From positions 10,704-74,703 of the forward strand of contig CAYLRU010000002.1 of the NCBI GenBank assembly GCA_964386565.1: 64,000 bases of DNA, written 5' to 3'. The position numbers and the translations under genes were made by a program. The notes beneath the pieces are model-generated. The model ran no database searches and was not told the DNA's origin. It worked only from the letters and a program-made list of their open reading frames with translations. Of the stretch, positions 41,604-51,615 are shown piece by piece. Origin of the DNA: an uncultured Desulfobacteraceae bacterium. GTDB lineage: Bacteria > Desulfobacterota > Desulfobacteria > Desulfobacterales > UBA5616. Position 1 is the stretch's first letter. Each line of letters begins with the position of its first letter.

Positions 41604-42842
41604 TCAGCAAACAACACCGTCTTCCTTGAGCTGTTTAATATCCCTTTCATCATACCCCAGCTCTTTTAACACCACATCGGTATGCTCTCCCACATCCGGC
41701 GCGAAACTGCGCATGCCGGCCTTGTTTGCACTGAAGTGAATGGGATATCCGGGAACCTTCAATTCCCCAAAGGAAGGAGATGTGAAATTTGTCACATAAT
41801 CATTGGCCAGGGCCTGGGGATCGGTAAAGACCTCGTCAATCTGCTGCACGGAACTGAACATGAGCTGGTGCTGAAGAAAAATATCCATCCATTCATCCCG
41901 GGTTTTTGTCAGAAAAACCTCGTCAAAAATGGCCACCAGTTCCGGGCAATTGTTGAAACGACTTTCCTGGTCAACAAAACGGGGATCCTCGATGAGATGC
42001 TCCTGCCCCGTCGCCTTGCACAACACCGGCCACCATCTTTCCTCCGGATGGTTGGTCCCGATAATCCATTTGCCGTCACCGCATTTAAAGGCATTACGAA
42101 GAGGGGAATTAAGAGACCTGTTCCAACGCATGTTCGGATCGACGCCCACCATGGATTTGATCATGAAATTGCAATACATCAGCCACATGGCCGTGCCGTA
42201 AAGAGAGATCTGAACTTCCTGGCCGATGCCCTTTCGCTCCCGGACCAGGAGTGCCGTGATAATGGCATGGCTTGCGGCAATGGCGGTTGACTGGTCAAGA
42301 ATGCCGAGATGAAGCGGGGTGGGATACTCATTGCCGGCAAGATATGCCATACCCGAACGGGCCTGGCCCAGCGGATCAAATGCACCCAGGTTGGAAAGGG
42401 GACCATTGGGGCCGTATCCGGAAACATTGGCATGAACGATCAATGGATTTACTTTAACCAGGGACTGATAATCGATTCCCAACTCCGTTTTCGTGCTGGG
42501 CCGGAGATTGGTGAGAAAAACATCCGTCCATTTGATCAGGCGGTTAAAAACCTCACGCCCTTTTTCCGTTTTAATATCCAAGCAGACTCCCTTTTTGTTC
42601 CGGTTTGAGACTTCGAACATGGCGCTTTTCCCATTGGGCAGTCCGAAAACAACCATTCCCGTCCTGCTCCATTTACGCATGGGGTCCCCGGAAGCTTCTT
42701 CGATTTTAATGACCTCGGCACCAAGATCGCCCAAAATAGCCCCGGCACCCGGTCCCGCGTGGAAAACACCGTACTCCACCACCCGAATTCCCTCCAAAGG
42801 GACAGGCCGGACATCATCTTTAAATTCATTTTGATCCTGCAT
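41604..42842 (-). CDS. Family III CoA-transferase (CaiB/BaiF)
   Basis: PLEGIRVVE, AGP, LGDLGAEVIKIE, NRNKK, SGYGPNGP, AFD catalytic Asp, GEHTD. Confidence 0.93.
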   Translation of the reverse strand: MQDQNEFKDDVRPVPLEGIRVVEYGVFHAGPGAGAILGDLGAEVIKIEEASGDPMRKWSRTGMVVFGLPNGKSAMFEVSNRNKKGVCLDIKTEKGREVFNRLIKWTDVFLTNLRPSTKTELGIDYQSLVKVNPLIVHANVSGYGPNGPLSNLGAFDPLGQARSGMAYLAGNEYPTPLHLGILDQSTAIAASHAIITALLVRERKGIGQEVQISLYGTAMWLMYCNFMIKSMVGVDPNMRWNRSLNSPLRNAFKCGDGKWIIGTNHPEERWWPVLCKATGQEHLIEDPRFVDQESRFNNCPELVAIFDEVFLTKTRDEWMDIFLQHQLMFSSVQQIDEVFTDPQALANDYVTNFTSPSFGELKVPGYPIHFSANKAGMRSFAPDVGEHTDVVLKELGYDERDIKQLKEDGVVC

Positions 42843-43117
42843 GAATCTTCCTCTCTTCACTTGATTGAAATGTTTCTCATCTTTCGTTCAAAGCCGGCAG
42901 GCATTTGATATATCGAAAGAATCTTCATTGGCTTTTCCCTTTTACCTGAATCTTGGAGATCATACCCAACTCATCCATTCGAGACAACATTTTTTATCAT
43001 CGGCCCTCCTTTAACCGGCAACAAACAAAACTGCGGCATTGAGAAAACTCTCCTAAGGTGATATCTTTATTTTCATTTAAAAAATGCACCCCCAAAGGAC
43101 ACAAGCAAGGAAAAACA

Positions 43118-44257
43118 ATGCGGATGAGAAAAGTCCTCCTTATTTCCCTGATTTCTTTCTTAATATTCATTGGAACGGTATTCGGTGCCCAGCCCGGGGA
43201 CGTAAATGACGACGGTATCATTGATCTTGCAGACGCCGTTGCGGTGATTCGCCTGTTGTCGGGGGACATGACCGTCAACGCTACTCAAGAGGCCGATATC
43301 ACCCAGGATGGCATGATCGGCATGCAGGAGGCCATATATGCACTGCAGTGGGCTGCCGGTATCAGGCGGGGGGATTCGCCGCCGACCCCCGTCAACCAGT
43401 TCAATATCGGGGACTCCATCGGAGAGGGCGAGGCAGCGGACAATACCATCATGGAAGCCCACCACGATGCGGTATGGTCCACCGGATACAATAGGTATGA
43501 CATCACATACAGCATTAACGAGCGTTTCGAAGATATCGATCCGGACTTTTATAACGAAAACAACAGTTCGATAGATGAAACGTACAATAAAGCCGTATCG
43601 GGTGCGGTCATGGCCGATTTTGCCCGGCAGGCCGGCCAAGTGGTAAGCGAAGCCGATGCAGCCGGGGGAGCAGGCATGGTGACGGTTTTCTTGGGCAATA
43701 ACGATGTTTGCGCAGACAGCCTTGATACCATGACCGATCCCATACAATTTGAAGCCGATTATCGTGCCGGACTGGATATTCTATCATCAGCCGAATCGAC
43801 AAAAAACGCCGAAATCCATGTATCCGGTATCCCTGCCATATACTGGCTGTGGGTGGCGAAAAAAGGGGCGGGAACCTGCCGATTTGTCTGGTGGGCTTTT
43901 AATATCTGTCAGGCGCTTTTAAACAACCCGCTGGATGATTGTGCAAGTATTACATCAAGAGATGATCCCGATGTCATCTATACGGGAGACGGGCCCGATT
44001 GCCAGCGTCGCAAGGAATTTCACAGAAGAATCCGGGATGTATACAATCCCATACTCAAAAATGTTCTCCGGGAATACGTCGATTCCGGCCGGCTCCCCAA
44101 TGCTTATTACGTTGATATATTTGATGTTAAATTCGAGCCGTCCCACGTCAATGACGGCGACTGCTTCCACCCGAACTTTGCAGGACATGAACTCTTAGCC
44201 GGGGAAGAGTGGTGCAGGTCGCACTGGAGTAATGACGATCCTTTGTGCAGCCCGTAA
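43118..44257 (+). CDS. Secreted SGNH/GDSL hydrolase with N-terminal dockerin-like repeat
   Basis: Signal peptide; GDVNDDGIIDLADA and ADITQDGMIGMQEA; blocks GDS, AVSGA, GNND, DCFHPN. Confidence 0.82.
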   Translation: MRMRKVLLISLISFLIFIGTVFGAQPGDVNDDGIIDLADAVAVIRLLSGDMTVNATQEADITQDGMIGMQEAIYALQWAAGIRRGDSPPTPVNQFNIGDSIGEGEAADNTIMEAHHDAVWSTGYNRYDITYSINERFEDIDPDFYNENNSSIDETYNKAVSGAVMADFARQAGQVVSEADAAGGAGMVTVFLGNNDVCADSLDTMTDPIQFEADYRAGLDILSSAESTKNAEIHVSGIPAIYWLWVAKKGAGTCRFVWWAFNICQALLNNPLDDCASITSRDDPDVIYTGDGPDCQRRKEFHRRIRDVYNPILKNVLREYVDSGRLPNAYYVDIFDVKFEPSHVNDGDCFHPNFAGHELLAGEEWCRSHWSNDDPLCSP

Positions 44258-44377
44258 TAACGATGGTCACGAATCGGGGAGTTTATGCCATATCAAGCAA
44301 AATGGATAATTATCGATACATCGGGTTTGCTGCCCGGCCCAACGAATCATACGGGCAAATAAAATGAGGACTTTATC

Positions 44378-44797
44378 ATGATAAAAAGATACGCTTTGAC
44401 GAGCCTGTTGATTTTATACCTTATCCTCCCCAGCGTCTCGTGGGCGAACGGCCCGGTTGCTTTGGAACGCGGGGTTCAATACGAGATACTTTTTCCCGGA
44501 AACGGATTGAAGGCGACCCCAGGAAAGATCGCGACCATACATTTCATCATGTGGCAGGACCATAACGGTGAAAAAGGAGAAAAACTGTTCGACTCCCGGA
44601 AAGAAGGAAGGCCGCTGTCCTTTAAAATCTGTACAAAGAGCATTGCTGAAGGGTTGAATATCGGTGTTAACGGAATGAATGTCGGTGAAATACGAAGGCT
44701 GCATGTCCCCTCTCATCTCAATCCCAAGAAAGGCAGCGGAAAATTTCCGGGTAATGCCGACCTGATATTTGAAGTGGAACTTTTGGATGTCCGGTAA
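44378..44797 (+). CDS. Secreted FKBP-type peptidyl-prolyl isomerase, divergent
   Basis: Signal peptide, FDS, GMNVGEIRRLHVP, LIFEVELL. Confidence 0.85.
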   Translation: MIKRYALTSLLILYLILPSVSWANGPVALERGVQYEILFPGNGLKATPGKIATIHFIMWQDHNGEKGEKLFDSRKEGRPLSFKICTKSIAEGLNIGVNGMNVGEIRRLHVPSHLNPKKGSGKFPGNADLIFEVELLDVR

Positions 44798-44975
44798 TCA
44801 AGTGGTTTCTTCAACGCCAAGATAAAAAAATCGTCGGAACTGCCGGCATGAACACGCCGGGATGGTTCCGGACAATTGTCTTGACAAAACCTGCCGGATA
44901 CGGATACGGGTATATCCGTCAACGATCAACCCGCAATGTTCAATCCATGTTTGTTCATGAAAACCAGGAGACCAT

Positions 44976-46136
44976 ATGAAATACCGAAAATTTGGAACTC
45001 TCGATTGGAAAGCATCCGCACTGGGATTCGGTGCCATGCGCCTGCCGGTGACCGGTGAAAAATCCGCCCCCATGGGCCCGAACATCGATGAACCCGAAGC
45101 TGTTAAAATGATCCGCTACGCCATCGACAAGGGGGTGAACTACATTGATACGGCCTATCCCTATCATGGCGGAAAAAGCGAAATCGTGGTGGGAAACGCC
45201 TTAAAAGACGGCTACCGTCAAAAAGTCAAACTGGCGACAAAAATGCCGTCATGGTTTATGAACAAATTCGAAGACTTCGACAAGTATTTAAACGAACAGC
45301 TGGGGAAACTGCAGACAGACCATATCGATTTTTACCTGCTGCACAGCATGAACAAGATGTTGTGGCCCAAGATCAGAGACCTGGATGTATTTAAATGGGC
45401 ACAAGGCGCCATCGCTGACGGCCGCATCAGTCATCTGGGATTTTCGTTCCATGACGATCTGAATTTGTTCAAGGAAATCGTGGACACCTATGATAATTGG
45501 ACCTTCTGCCAGATCCAGTATAACTATATGGATATCGAATACCAGGCCGGTACCGAAGGGCTTAAATATGCATCGGACAAGGGGCTGGCTGTCGTCATCA
45601 TGGAACCCCTTCGTGGTGGAGCACTGAGCAAGGAACCTCCCCCGGCGGTTAAAAAAATTCTTTCAGATGCCTCCATTCAACGATCATCCGCAGACCTGGC
45701 ACTGCAATGGATATGGAGCCAGCCTGAAGTATCCGTGGTGTTGAGCGGCATGACCGCCATGAACCACGTGATTGAGAATGTGGCAAGTGCCGAAAATTCA
45801 GGAGCAGGCACGATGACGGAAGAAGAACTCTCTGCAATTGATAAAATCCGCGAGGAATACCGAAAGCTCAGTCCCATTCCCTGCACCAACTGCGGGTACT
45901 GTATGCCCTGCCCCAACGGTGTGGACATTCCCCATGCATTCACCCAGTACAACGACGCCTTTATATATGATGATCCGCAAACAGCCCGATTCCGGTATCG
46001 GCAGAACCCCAAGAAAAACTGGGGAGACAATTGCATCGAGTGCCTGGAATGCGAAGAGAAATGTCCCCAGGAAATTAAAATCAGTGAATGGTTGCAAAAG
46101 GTCCACGACTATTTAGGACCCAGAAAAAAGGCATAA
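44976..46136 (+). CDS. Aldo/keto reductase with C-terminal 4Fe-4S dicluster
   Basis: LGFGAMRLP, YIDTAYPYH, LATK, YLLH, MEPLRGG, CTNCGYCMPCP, CIECLECEEKCP. Confidence 0.92.
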   Translation: MKYRKFGTLDWKASALGFGAMRLPVTGEKSAPMGPNIDEPEAVKMIRYAIDKGVNYIDTAYPYHGGKSEIVVGNALKDGYRQKVKLATKMPSWFMNKFEDFDKYLNEQLGKLQTDHIDFYLLHSMNKMLWPKIRDLDVFKWAQGAIADGRISHLGFSFHDDLNLFKEIVDTYDNWTFCQIQYNYMDIEYQAGTEGLKYASDKGLAVVIMEPLRGGALSKEPPPAVKKILSDASIQRSSADLALQWIWSQPEVSVVLSGMTAMNHVIENVASAENSGAGTMTEEELSAIDKIREEYRKLSPIPCTNCGYCMPCPNGVDIPHAFTQYNDAFIYDDPQTARFRYRQNPKKNWGDNCIECLECEEKCPQEIKISEWLQKVHDYLGPRKKA

Positions 46137-46146
46137 GGAGAATCAA

Positions 46147-47019
46147 ATGAACTGGGTAACGATTGATCAGGAAAAATGCAACAAGTGCGGCATCTGCGTG
46201 ACCCGATGCTTGAGGGTCTTTTCCAATAAAGACGGTGAAATTTCAGCCCGGGCAGATGAAGAAACCTGCAATCTCTGCGGCCATTGCATGGCGCTTTGCC
46301 CCACGGAGGCCATCTCCCACAGCCTCATGGATCCGGACAACTTCATCCCGATAGAAACTCCGGTAGTGTTTGATCCGGATGAATTCATCGCGTTTGTCCG
46401 CCAACGAAGAAGCCACAGGAGTTACAAAAACAAGGCGGTTCCCAGGGAAGACCTGGAGAAACTGGTGCAGATGTGCCGCTACACCCCAACGGGCAGCAAC
46501 CTTCAGACGGTTGAGATCAAGGTCATTACCAACGCGGAAAAAATAAAAAAGCTGTCTGATTTGACCATCGACTATTTCATGGGCATGATTGCCGACGTTG
46601 AAAAGCAGGTAGATGGATTTCTGTCCCGGGAAGAAGAACTGCCCGAAGAACTCGCCGCCATGAACGAGTTCGCCAAACGGTATAAAATGCTGGGGCTTGC
46701 ACGGGATTTTGGAATCGATCCCATCTTGCACAACGCCCCGGCGGTGATGATCTTTCACTCGGCGCCCTCTCCCAGCACGCCCAAGGACGACTGCGTCATC
46801 GCCGCACAAACCGTTGTACTTGCCGCCATGACCATGGGACTGGGAACATGCTATATCGGCCTGTTGAACTTCTCCGCCAATAGTTCCCCCCGAGTCAAAG
46901 AAGCCCTGGGCCTTCCCGGTGAAAACAAAGTCTACAGCGTTCTTGTCATGGGCTATCCCAAGCTGAAGTTCTTAAAAACAGTAGACCGGAAACCGATAAA
47001 GGTAACCTGGGAAAATTAA
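46147..47019 (+). CDS. Nitroreductase with N-terminal ferredoxin domain
   Basis: CNKCGICVTRC, CNLCGHCMALCP, RRSHRSY, PTGSN, GLGTCYIG, GYP. Confidence 0.92.
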   Translation: MNWVTIDQEKCNKCGICVTRCLRVFSNKDGEISARADEETCNLCGHCMALCPTEAISHSLMDPDNFIPIETPVVFDPDEFIAFVRQRRSHRSYKNKAVPREDLEKLVQMCRYTPTGSNLQTVEIKVITNAEKIKKLSDLTIDYFMGMIADVEKQVDGFLSREEELPEELAAMNEFAKRYKMLGLARDFGIDPILHNAPAVMIFHSAPSPSTPKDDCVIAAQTVVLAAMTMGLGTCYIGLLNFSANSSPRVKEALGLPGENKVYSVLVMGYPKLKFLKTVDRKPIKVTWEN

Positions 47020-47063
47020 AAACAGCCGTTTTTTTGTCTTTAAAAAAATTCACCTCTACCCTG

Positions 47064-47088
47064 TCCCTCCCCCATCAAGGGGGAGGGA
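47064..47088. terminator. GC hairpin (REP-like or terminator) between convergent genes
   Basis: Perfect 10-bp stem TCCCTCCCCC-atcaa-GGGGGAGGGA. Confidence 0.55.
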
Positions 47089-47200
47089 ATTTTCGGTTCT
47101 TTTGAAAACATCACATGGCATCCATTCAGTTTGGCTCAGCCTGATCCCCCTATTGCGATTCAAGGGGACAATAGTTGAGTCCTTGAACCCTTTTGATTTT

Positions 47201-47848
47201 TTACTTCTTCGGACGCCTGGTGTTTAACCGTGAAAACATGGTTCTCGATGTATAAAGGGCGCCTAAGGGATTATGCGCCAGGGCAAAGTCCTTCACGCCG
47301 ATAACGGTGACCGGTGCCTTGGAGTGTTTGATAAACAGGACATCGTCGCCCACGCAAAGGCCGAGCATGATGTTGAGTTCGCTTCCCCCCTGATCCAGAA
47401 CCGCGGCCTGGCCGATGGGATTGCACATGGGCTGACGTTTTCCGGAAATGATCTTGTCTTTTTCGGGAAGCCCCACGTCATCCGAAGAAAGCGAACCGCA
47501 CATACAGCTTGCCGAAATGACATCGAACCCTTCATTCATCAGGGCGTTTGCCAGAAGTTCGGCCTCCTGGGACAGGCCCACGCAAAACGCCAGACCCAAT
47601 TTTTTATACCCCCTGTTTCTGGCATATTCCATTGTCAGCTCGATACGATTCTTTCCGGCCATGCCCTTCCATGTTTTTGCCACATCCTGGGCAAAACGGC
47701 GGATTTCAGGATCTTCAAGTTTGGTCCGGGCTTCCTGTAATGCTTCGGGTGCAACTTTTGAGGGACAAAATTCCGGTGAATTGCTGACATCTCCCATAAA
47801 ACAGCTTTTTTTCCCGCAGTAACTGCATTGAACATCTTTTTCAGTCAT
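47201..47848 (-). CDS. DUF1847 family Cys-rich putative metal-binding protein
   Basis: CSYC...CPS, GLAFCVGL, MCNPIGQA, GLCVGDD, HNPLGAL. Confidence 0.82.
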   Translation of the reverse strand: MTEKDVQCSYCGKKSCFMGDVSNSPEFCPSKVAPEALQEARTKLEDPEIRRFAQDVAKTWKGMAGKNRIELTMEYARNRGYKKLGLAFCVGLSQEAELLANALMNEGFDVISASCMCGSLSSDDVGLPEKDKIISGKRQPMCNPIGQAAVLDQGGSELNIMLGLCVGDDVLFIKHSKAPVTVIGVKDFALAHNPLGALYTSRTMFSRLNTRRPKK

Positions 47849-48112
47849 TGTTTATCTCCTTCTGGTTGGTGTGTTTCCGGTGTATTTATCGTTTTCCCAT
47901 GTAAAAACGAATATCTAAAGAAAATCCCTTGACTTTCAGCCCCATAATTTTTATTGAGGCAACATTTGACCGGTGTCGATTCAATTCACGATTCAAGATG
48001 TTTTCCCATTTATTGTATGCCACTTCTGAAATAATGATAAACTGGCGCGGTTTTATTGACAGTTGCCGTTGGAGCCCTGTTCCGTCCAACCTCTCTGATC
48101 ATGGAGGTCACC

Positions 48113-49273
48113 ATGTCGAAAGTCGCTTTGCTGAAATGTACGGAATACACCCGGAACATCATTAAAGAAAAAATCCTTGAAGGTCTTGACCTCATCGGAT
48201 TCGATCCCGAACAGTTTCAAAACAAAAGGGTCGTTTTAAAACCAAACCTGCTGACCACTGCCGCCCCTGAAAAAGCCGTGATCACCCACCCGGTCTTTTT
48301 CCATGCCGTCTTGCAGATCGTTAAAGAAAACGCCGGGATTCCCATCCTGGCTGAAAATCCGGCGACCAAGCCCTTGTCCAAAGTGGCCGATGCCGTGGGA
48401 TACACCGACATCACCGACGCTGAAGGCATACAAGTAGCCGATGTCCGCAAAACATCCGCGGTTCTCATTGACAAGCCCCTGAAATTCAAACGTTTTGAAA
48501 TATCCGAAATCTTTTGCAAAGCCGACATCATTGTCAATCTTCCAAAACTCAAAACCCACAGTCTCACCTATCTCACCGGTGCGGTTAAAAACTTTTTAGG
48601 AACCATTCCCGGTATGGGTAAATCCCAGTTGCACTTAAAGGCCCCTTCTTCACAAGCGTTTTCCGAACTGCTGCTGGATCTGAATGAATGCCTGTATACG
48701 GGATTTCAACAGCCCAAGCGGTTTTTGCATATCATGGACGGCATTGTGGGCATGGAGGGCGAAGGCCCCGGTCCTTCGGGAAAACCCCGCCCCGTGGGTG
48801 CCATCCTGGTCAGCAAAGACCCCATCGCCCTGGATCTGGCAGCGGCCAATCTCATTGGTATGGATTTTCACGACATCCATACCATCATCGGCGGTTTTGA
48901 AAGAACCTTCGGCATATCCTCCGCCGGAGAACTGGAGGTGGTCGGTGAACAAGTTCAATCCCTCAAGCCGTCGAATTACAAATCCCCTCAAAAGAAAAAC
49001 CTGTGGACCAGATTGCTCAGGGGACCGTTCATTACAAAGCGCTTTAGAAACGCATTTATTGAAAAACCCGTACCCCGGGAAGAAACATGCACGTTATGCT
49101 ATCAGTGCAAGACGATCTGTCCGGCGGAAGCCATTGATGTTCAAAAAACAAAGAAAAAAGTTCCTTCCTACGACTATGACAAGTGCATCCGGTGCTTCTG
49201 CTGCATGGAGATCTGCCCGGAAGCAGCCATTCACCTTAAAAAAGGCAGACTGCAATGGCTGCTTGGGTTATAA
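48113..49273 (+). CDS. DUF362 domain protein with C-terminal 2[4Fe-4S]
   Basis: LKPNLL, THP, LPKLKTH, GAVKN, GMEGEGP, CTLCYQCKTICP, CIRCFCCMEICP; ATG 48113 with GGAGG. Confidence 0.88.
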   Translation: MSKVALLKCTEYTRNIIKEKILEGLDLIGFDPEQFQNKRVVLKPNLLTTAAPEKAVITHPVFFHAVLQIVKENAGIPILAENPATKPLSKVADAVGYTDITDAEGIQVADVRKTSAVLIDKPLKFKRFEISEIFCKADIIVNLPKLKTHSLTYLTGAVKNFLGTIPGMGKSQLHLKAPSSQAFSELLLDLNECLYTGFQQPKRFLHIMDGIVGMEGEGPGPSGKPRPVGAILVSKDPIALDLAAANLIGMDFHDIHTIIGGFERTFGISSAGELEVVGEQVQSLKPSNYKSPQKKNLWTRLLRGPFITKRFRNAFIEKPVPREETCTLCYQCKTICPAEAIDVQKTKKKVPSYDYDKCIRCFCCMEICPEAAIHLKKGRLQWLLGL

Positions 49274-49939
49274 CCCCCGCCATGTCGTGTTTTCATCCAC
49301 GGATACGCGCGCGGTCTCGATTTTATTGGCCGGGAAATCCCAGTCCGGATACCCCACGGCAATTCCCATGACGATGCGCATGTTATCGGGAATACCGGCG
49401 ATTTCCCGCAGGGTGTCCGGATACAGGCAGCCCTGGTCCTCTATACAGGTGCCCAGGCCATAATGCAGCGCCGCCAGGCAGATGGTCTGAATGACGATGC
49501 CGATATCTATCAATGGTGTGTTTTCATCCAATGATTTGTCCGTCAGGACGATGATGGCGGCCGGTGCGTCGAAAAATCGGAATCCCCGCTCCATCCACCG
49601 GGCCCGTTTCTCTGTATCCTCCCGGCTAATTCCCATGAGTTTGAACAATTCTATGGCCAGTTCCACTTGACGGGTACGGTATACGCTGTCTCTTGTCCAC
49701 CCGGTCACCGAATGTTCACCGTGGGGCACAATCCCTGATCTGAATTTCTCGGAATTGGTTTCCCTAACCTTTTTCAGCACATCGCCTCCCAACACCAGAA
49801 ACTCCCAGGGCTGAGTATTCATAGCCGAAGGCGCCCGGTTGGCCACTTCCAGGATCTCCCGCAGAATTTCCTTTGAAACCGGTTTGGATGTATATCCCCG
49901 AATGCTTTTCCGCGCTCGAATGGCATCAACGATATTCAT
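49268..49939 (-). CDS. Nitroreductase family protein
   Basis: RKSIRGY, APSAMNTQPW, GLGTC, AVGYPD. Confidence 0.92.
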   Translation of the reverse strand: MNIVDAIRARKSIRGYTSKPVSKEILREILEVANRAPSAMNTQPWEFLVLGGDVLKKVRETNSEKFRSGIVPHGEHSVTGWTRDSVYRTRQVELAIELFKLMGISREDTEKRARWMERGFRFFDAPAAIIVLTDKSLDENTPLIDIGIVIQTICLAALHYGLGTCIEDQGCLYPDTLREIAGIPDNMRIVMGIAVGYPDWDFPANKIETARVSVDENTTWRGL

Positions 49940-50137
49940 AAAAGGACTCCTTTCATTTTGCTGTGTGTTGGAAGCATATGTTTACTCCCCGGCAAGGTTT
50001 TAATGCGGCGGTTAAAGATATAAAGCCTTTCGCCCGGATCACCCGCAAAAAGCCTCTTATAGATAGACCGGTGAAAAATTAACTTCAAGTATTTTTTATT
50101 TATACAGTTTTTTCATACGATTTATGCCGGGACATTA

Positions 50138-50166
50138 TTGACAATTTAAATATTTGCCGATAAGTT
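50138..50166 (+). promoter_or_regulatory. sigma70-type promoter of the ktrB-ktrA-activator operon
   Basis: TTGACA-N17-TAAGTT, about 30 nt before the ORF. Confidence 0.6.
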
Positions 50167-50196
50167 ATCCAAAACCGGCATCCGGTAGAATTTGCC

Positions 50197-51606
50197 TTGC
50201 CCAAGGATCGGATGGTATGTATTTTGGAGAAAAAAACAAAAACACTTATTTTAATAAGATCGATTTCTAACTCCCCCGCACGTGTTTCGATATTCGGCTT
50301 TTCAGCACTGATATGTATGGGCACGGCCCTGTTGATGCTCCCCGCGGCCGCAAGGAAGGACAGCCTTGACTTTGTAGATGCCTTTTTCACTGCCGTGTCC
50401 GCCACCTGTGTTACCGGTCTGACGGTCGTGGATACGGGAAGCGCTTTTTCCACCTTCGGCCAGATGATTATCCTCATATTGATCCAGATCGGCGGCCTCG
50501 GCATTATGACAATTTCAACTATATTCATCTTGCTTGCCGGCAGGCGGCCGACACTTGCCGGAAGATTTTTAATACAAGACACGTTCACACACAGCGGAGA
50601 ACGTGGTCTTTCCGCCATCCTCAGGGATGTTTTGCTTTTTACGATTGTTATCGAAGCCGCAGGTTCGCTGGTATTGCTTTGCCGCTTTCTCCCCGGAAGA
50701 ACATTCGGTGAAGCGCTCTACCAGTCTCTCTTTCATTCGGTCAGCGCATTCTGCAATGCGGGTTTTTCTCTGTTTCCGGACAGTTTTGCATCATATAAAC
50801 AAGACTGGGTATTAAACATGGCCATCTCTTTTTTAATCATAAGCGGCGGAATCGGTTTTTTGGTTCTTTCCGAACTCAAACGGCAGTTCCCCTTCAACCG
50901 ACGGAGGTGGACCCGGTTGAGTCTTCATTCAAAAATAGTGCTATCAACAACCGGCCTTTTGATCTGTACGGGCAGTTTGTCGATTCTTGTCATGGAGTGG
51001 CATAATACGCTTGCACACCTGTCCATTCCCGATCGTTTCCTCGCCAGTTTTTTCAATTCGGTCAGTGCGAGAACAGCGGGATTCAATACCCTGACCATCG
51101 GAAACATGGCCAATGAAACCCTTTTTATGATGATCGTGATGATGTTTATCGGTGCCTCTCCCGGATCCTGCGGCGGCGGCATCAAGACCACCACGTTTAC
51201 GAGTTTGATTGTTCTTGGCGTATCCCGGCTGCGCGGGAAAGCAAAACCTCAGATATTTCATCGAACGATTTCACAAATCAGTATCGGCAAAGCCATCAGC
51301 GTGGTATTGATCAGCGCAATGATTATCATTTTGGGCACCATGATCATCCTGATGACAGAACTCGGGGAAACACCCCACCTGGACAGCAGGGGGAAATTTC
51401 TGGAATTGTTTTTCGAAGTTGTCAGTGCCTTCGGCACAGTGGGACTCTCCACCGGCGTCACGGCCGGGCTTTCCGGCTTGGGTAAAATCGTTATTTCCCT
51501 TGTTATGTTCACTGGACGGTTGGGCCCCCTGGTAATCGCCATTGCCGTCAGCAACCGGGAAATCACCCGGCACTATTTTGCGGAAGAAGGCATTATGACC
51601 GGATGA
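50197..51606 (+). CDS. KtrB/TrkH family K+ uptake membrane subunit
   Basis: Four pore loops SATCVTGL, SAFCNAGF, SARTAGF, SAFGTVGLS; GGGIK, GRLG. Confidence 0.94.
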   Translation: MPKDRMVCILEKKTKTLILIRSISNSPARVSIFGFSALICMGTALLMLPAAARKDSLDFVDAFFTAVSATCVTGLTVVDTGSAFSTFGQMIILILIQIGGLGIMTISTIFILLAGRRPTLAGRFLIQDTFTHSGERGLSAILRDVLLFTIVIEAAGSLVLLCRFLPGRTFGEALYQSLFHSVSAFCNAGFSLFPDSFASYKQDWVLNMAISFLIISGGIGFLVLSELKRQFPFNRRRWTRLSLHSKIVLSTTGLLICTGSLSILVMEWHNTLAHLSIPDRFLASFFNSVSARTAGFNTLTIGNMANETLFMMIVMMFIGASPGSCGGGIKTTTFTSLIVLGVSRLRGKAKPQIFHRTISQISIGKAISVVLISAMIIILGTMIILMTELGETPHLDSRGKFLELFFEVVSAFGTVGLSTGVTAGLSGLGKIVISLVMFTGRLGPLVIAIAVSNREITRHYFAEEGIMTG

Positions 51607-51615
51607 GGTTAAAAC

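Noticed and set aside
41560-41610. Selenocysteine readthrough at the Cys-TGA end of the CoA-transferase, and at other TGA stops
   Set aside because: The proteins are already full length at the stop and no convincing SECIS hairpin or conserved continuation follows.
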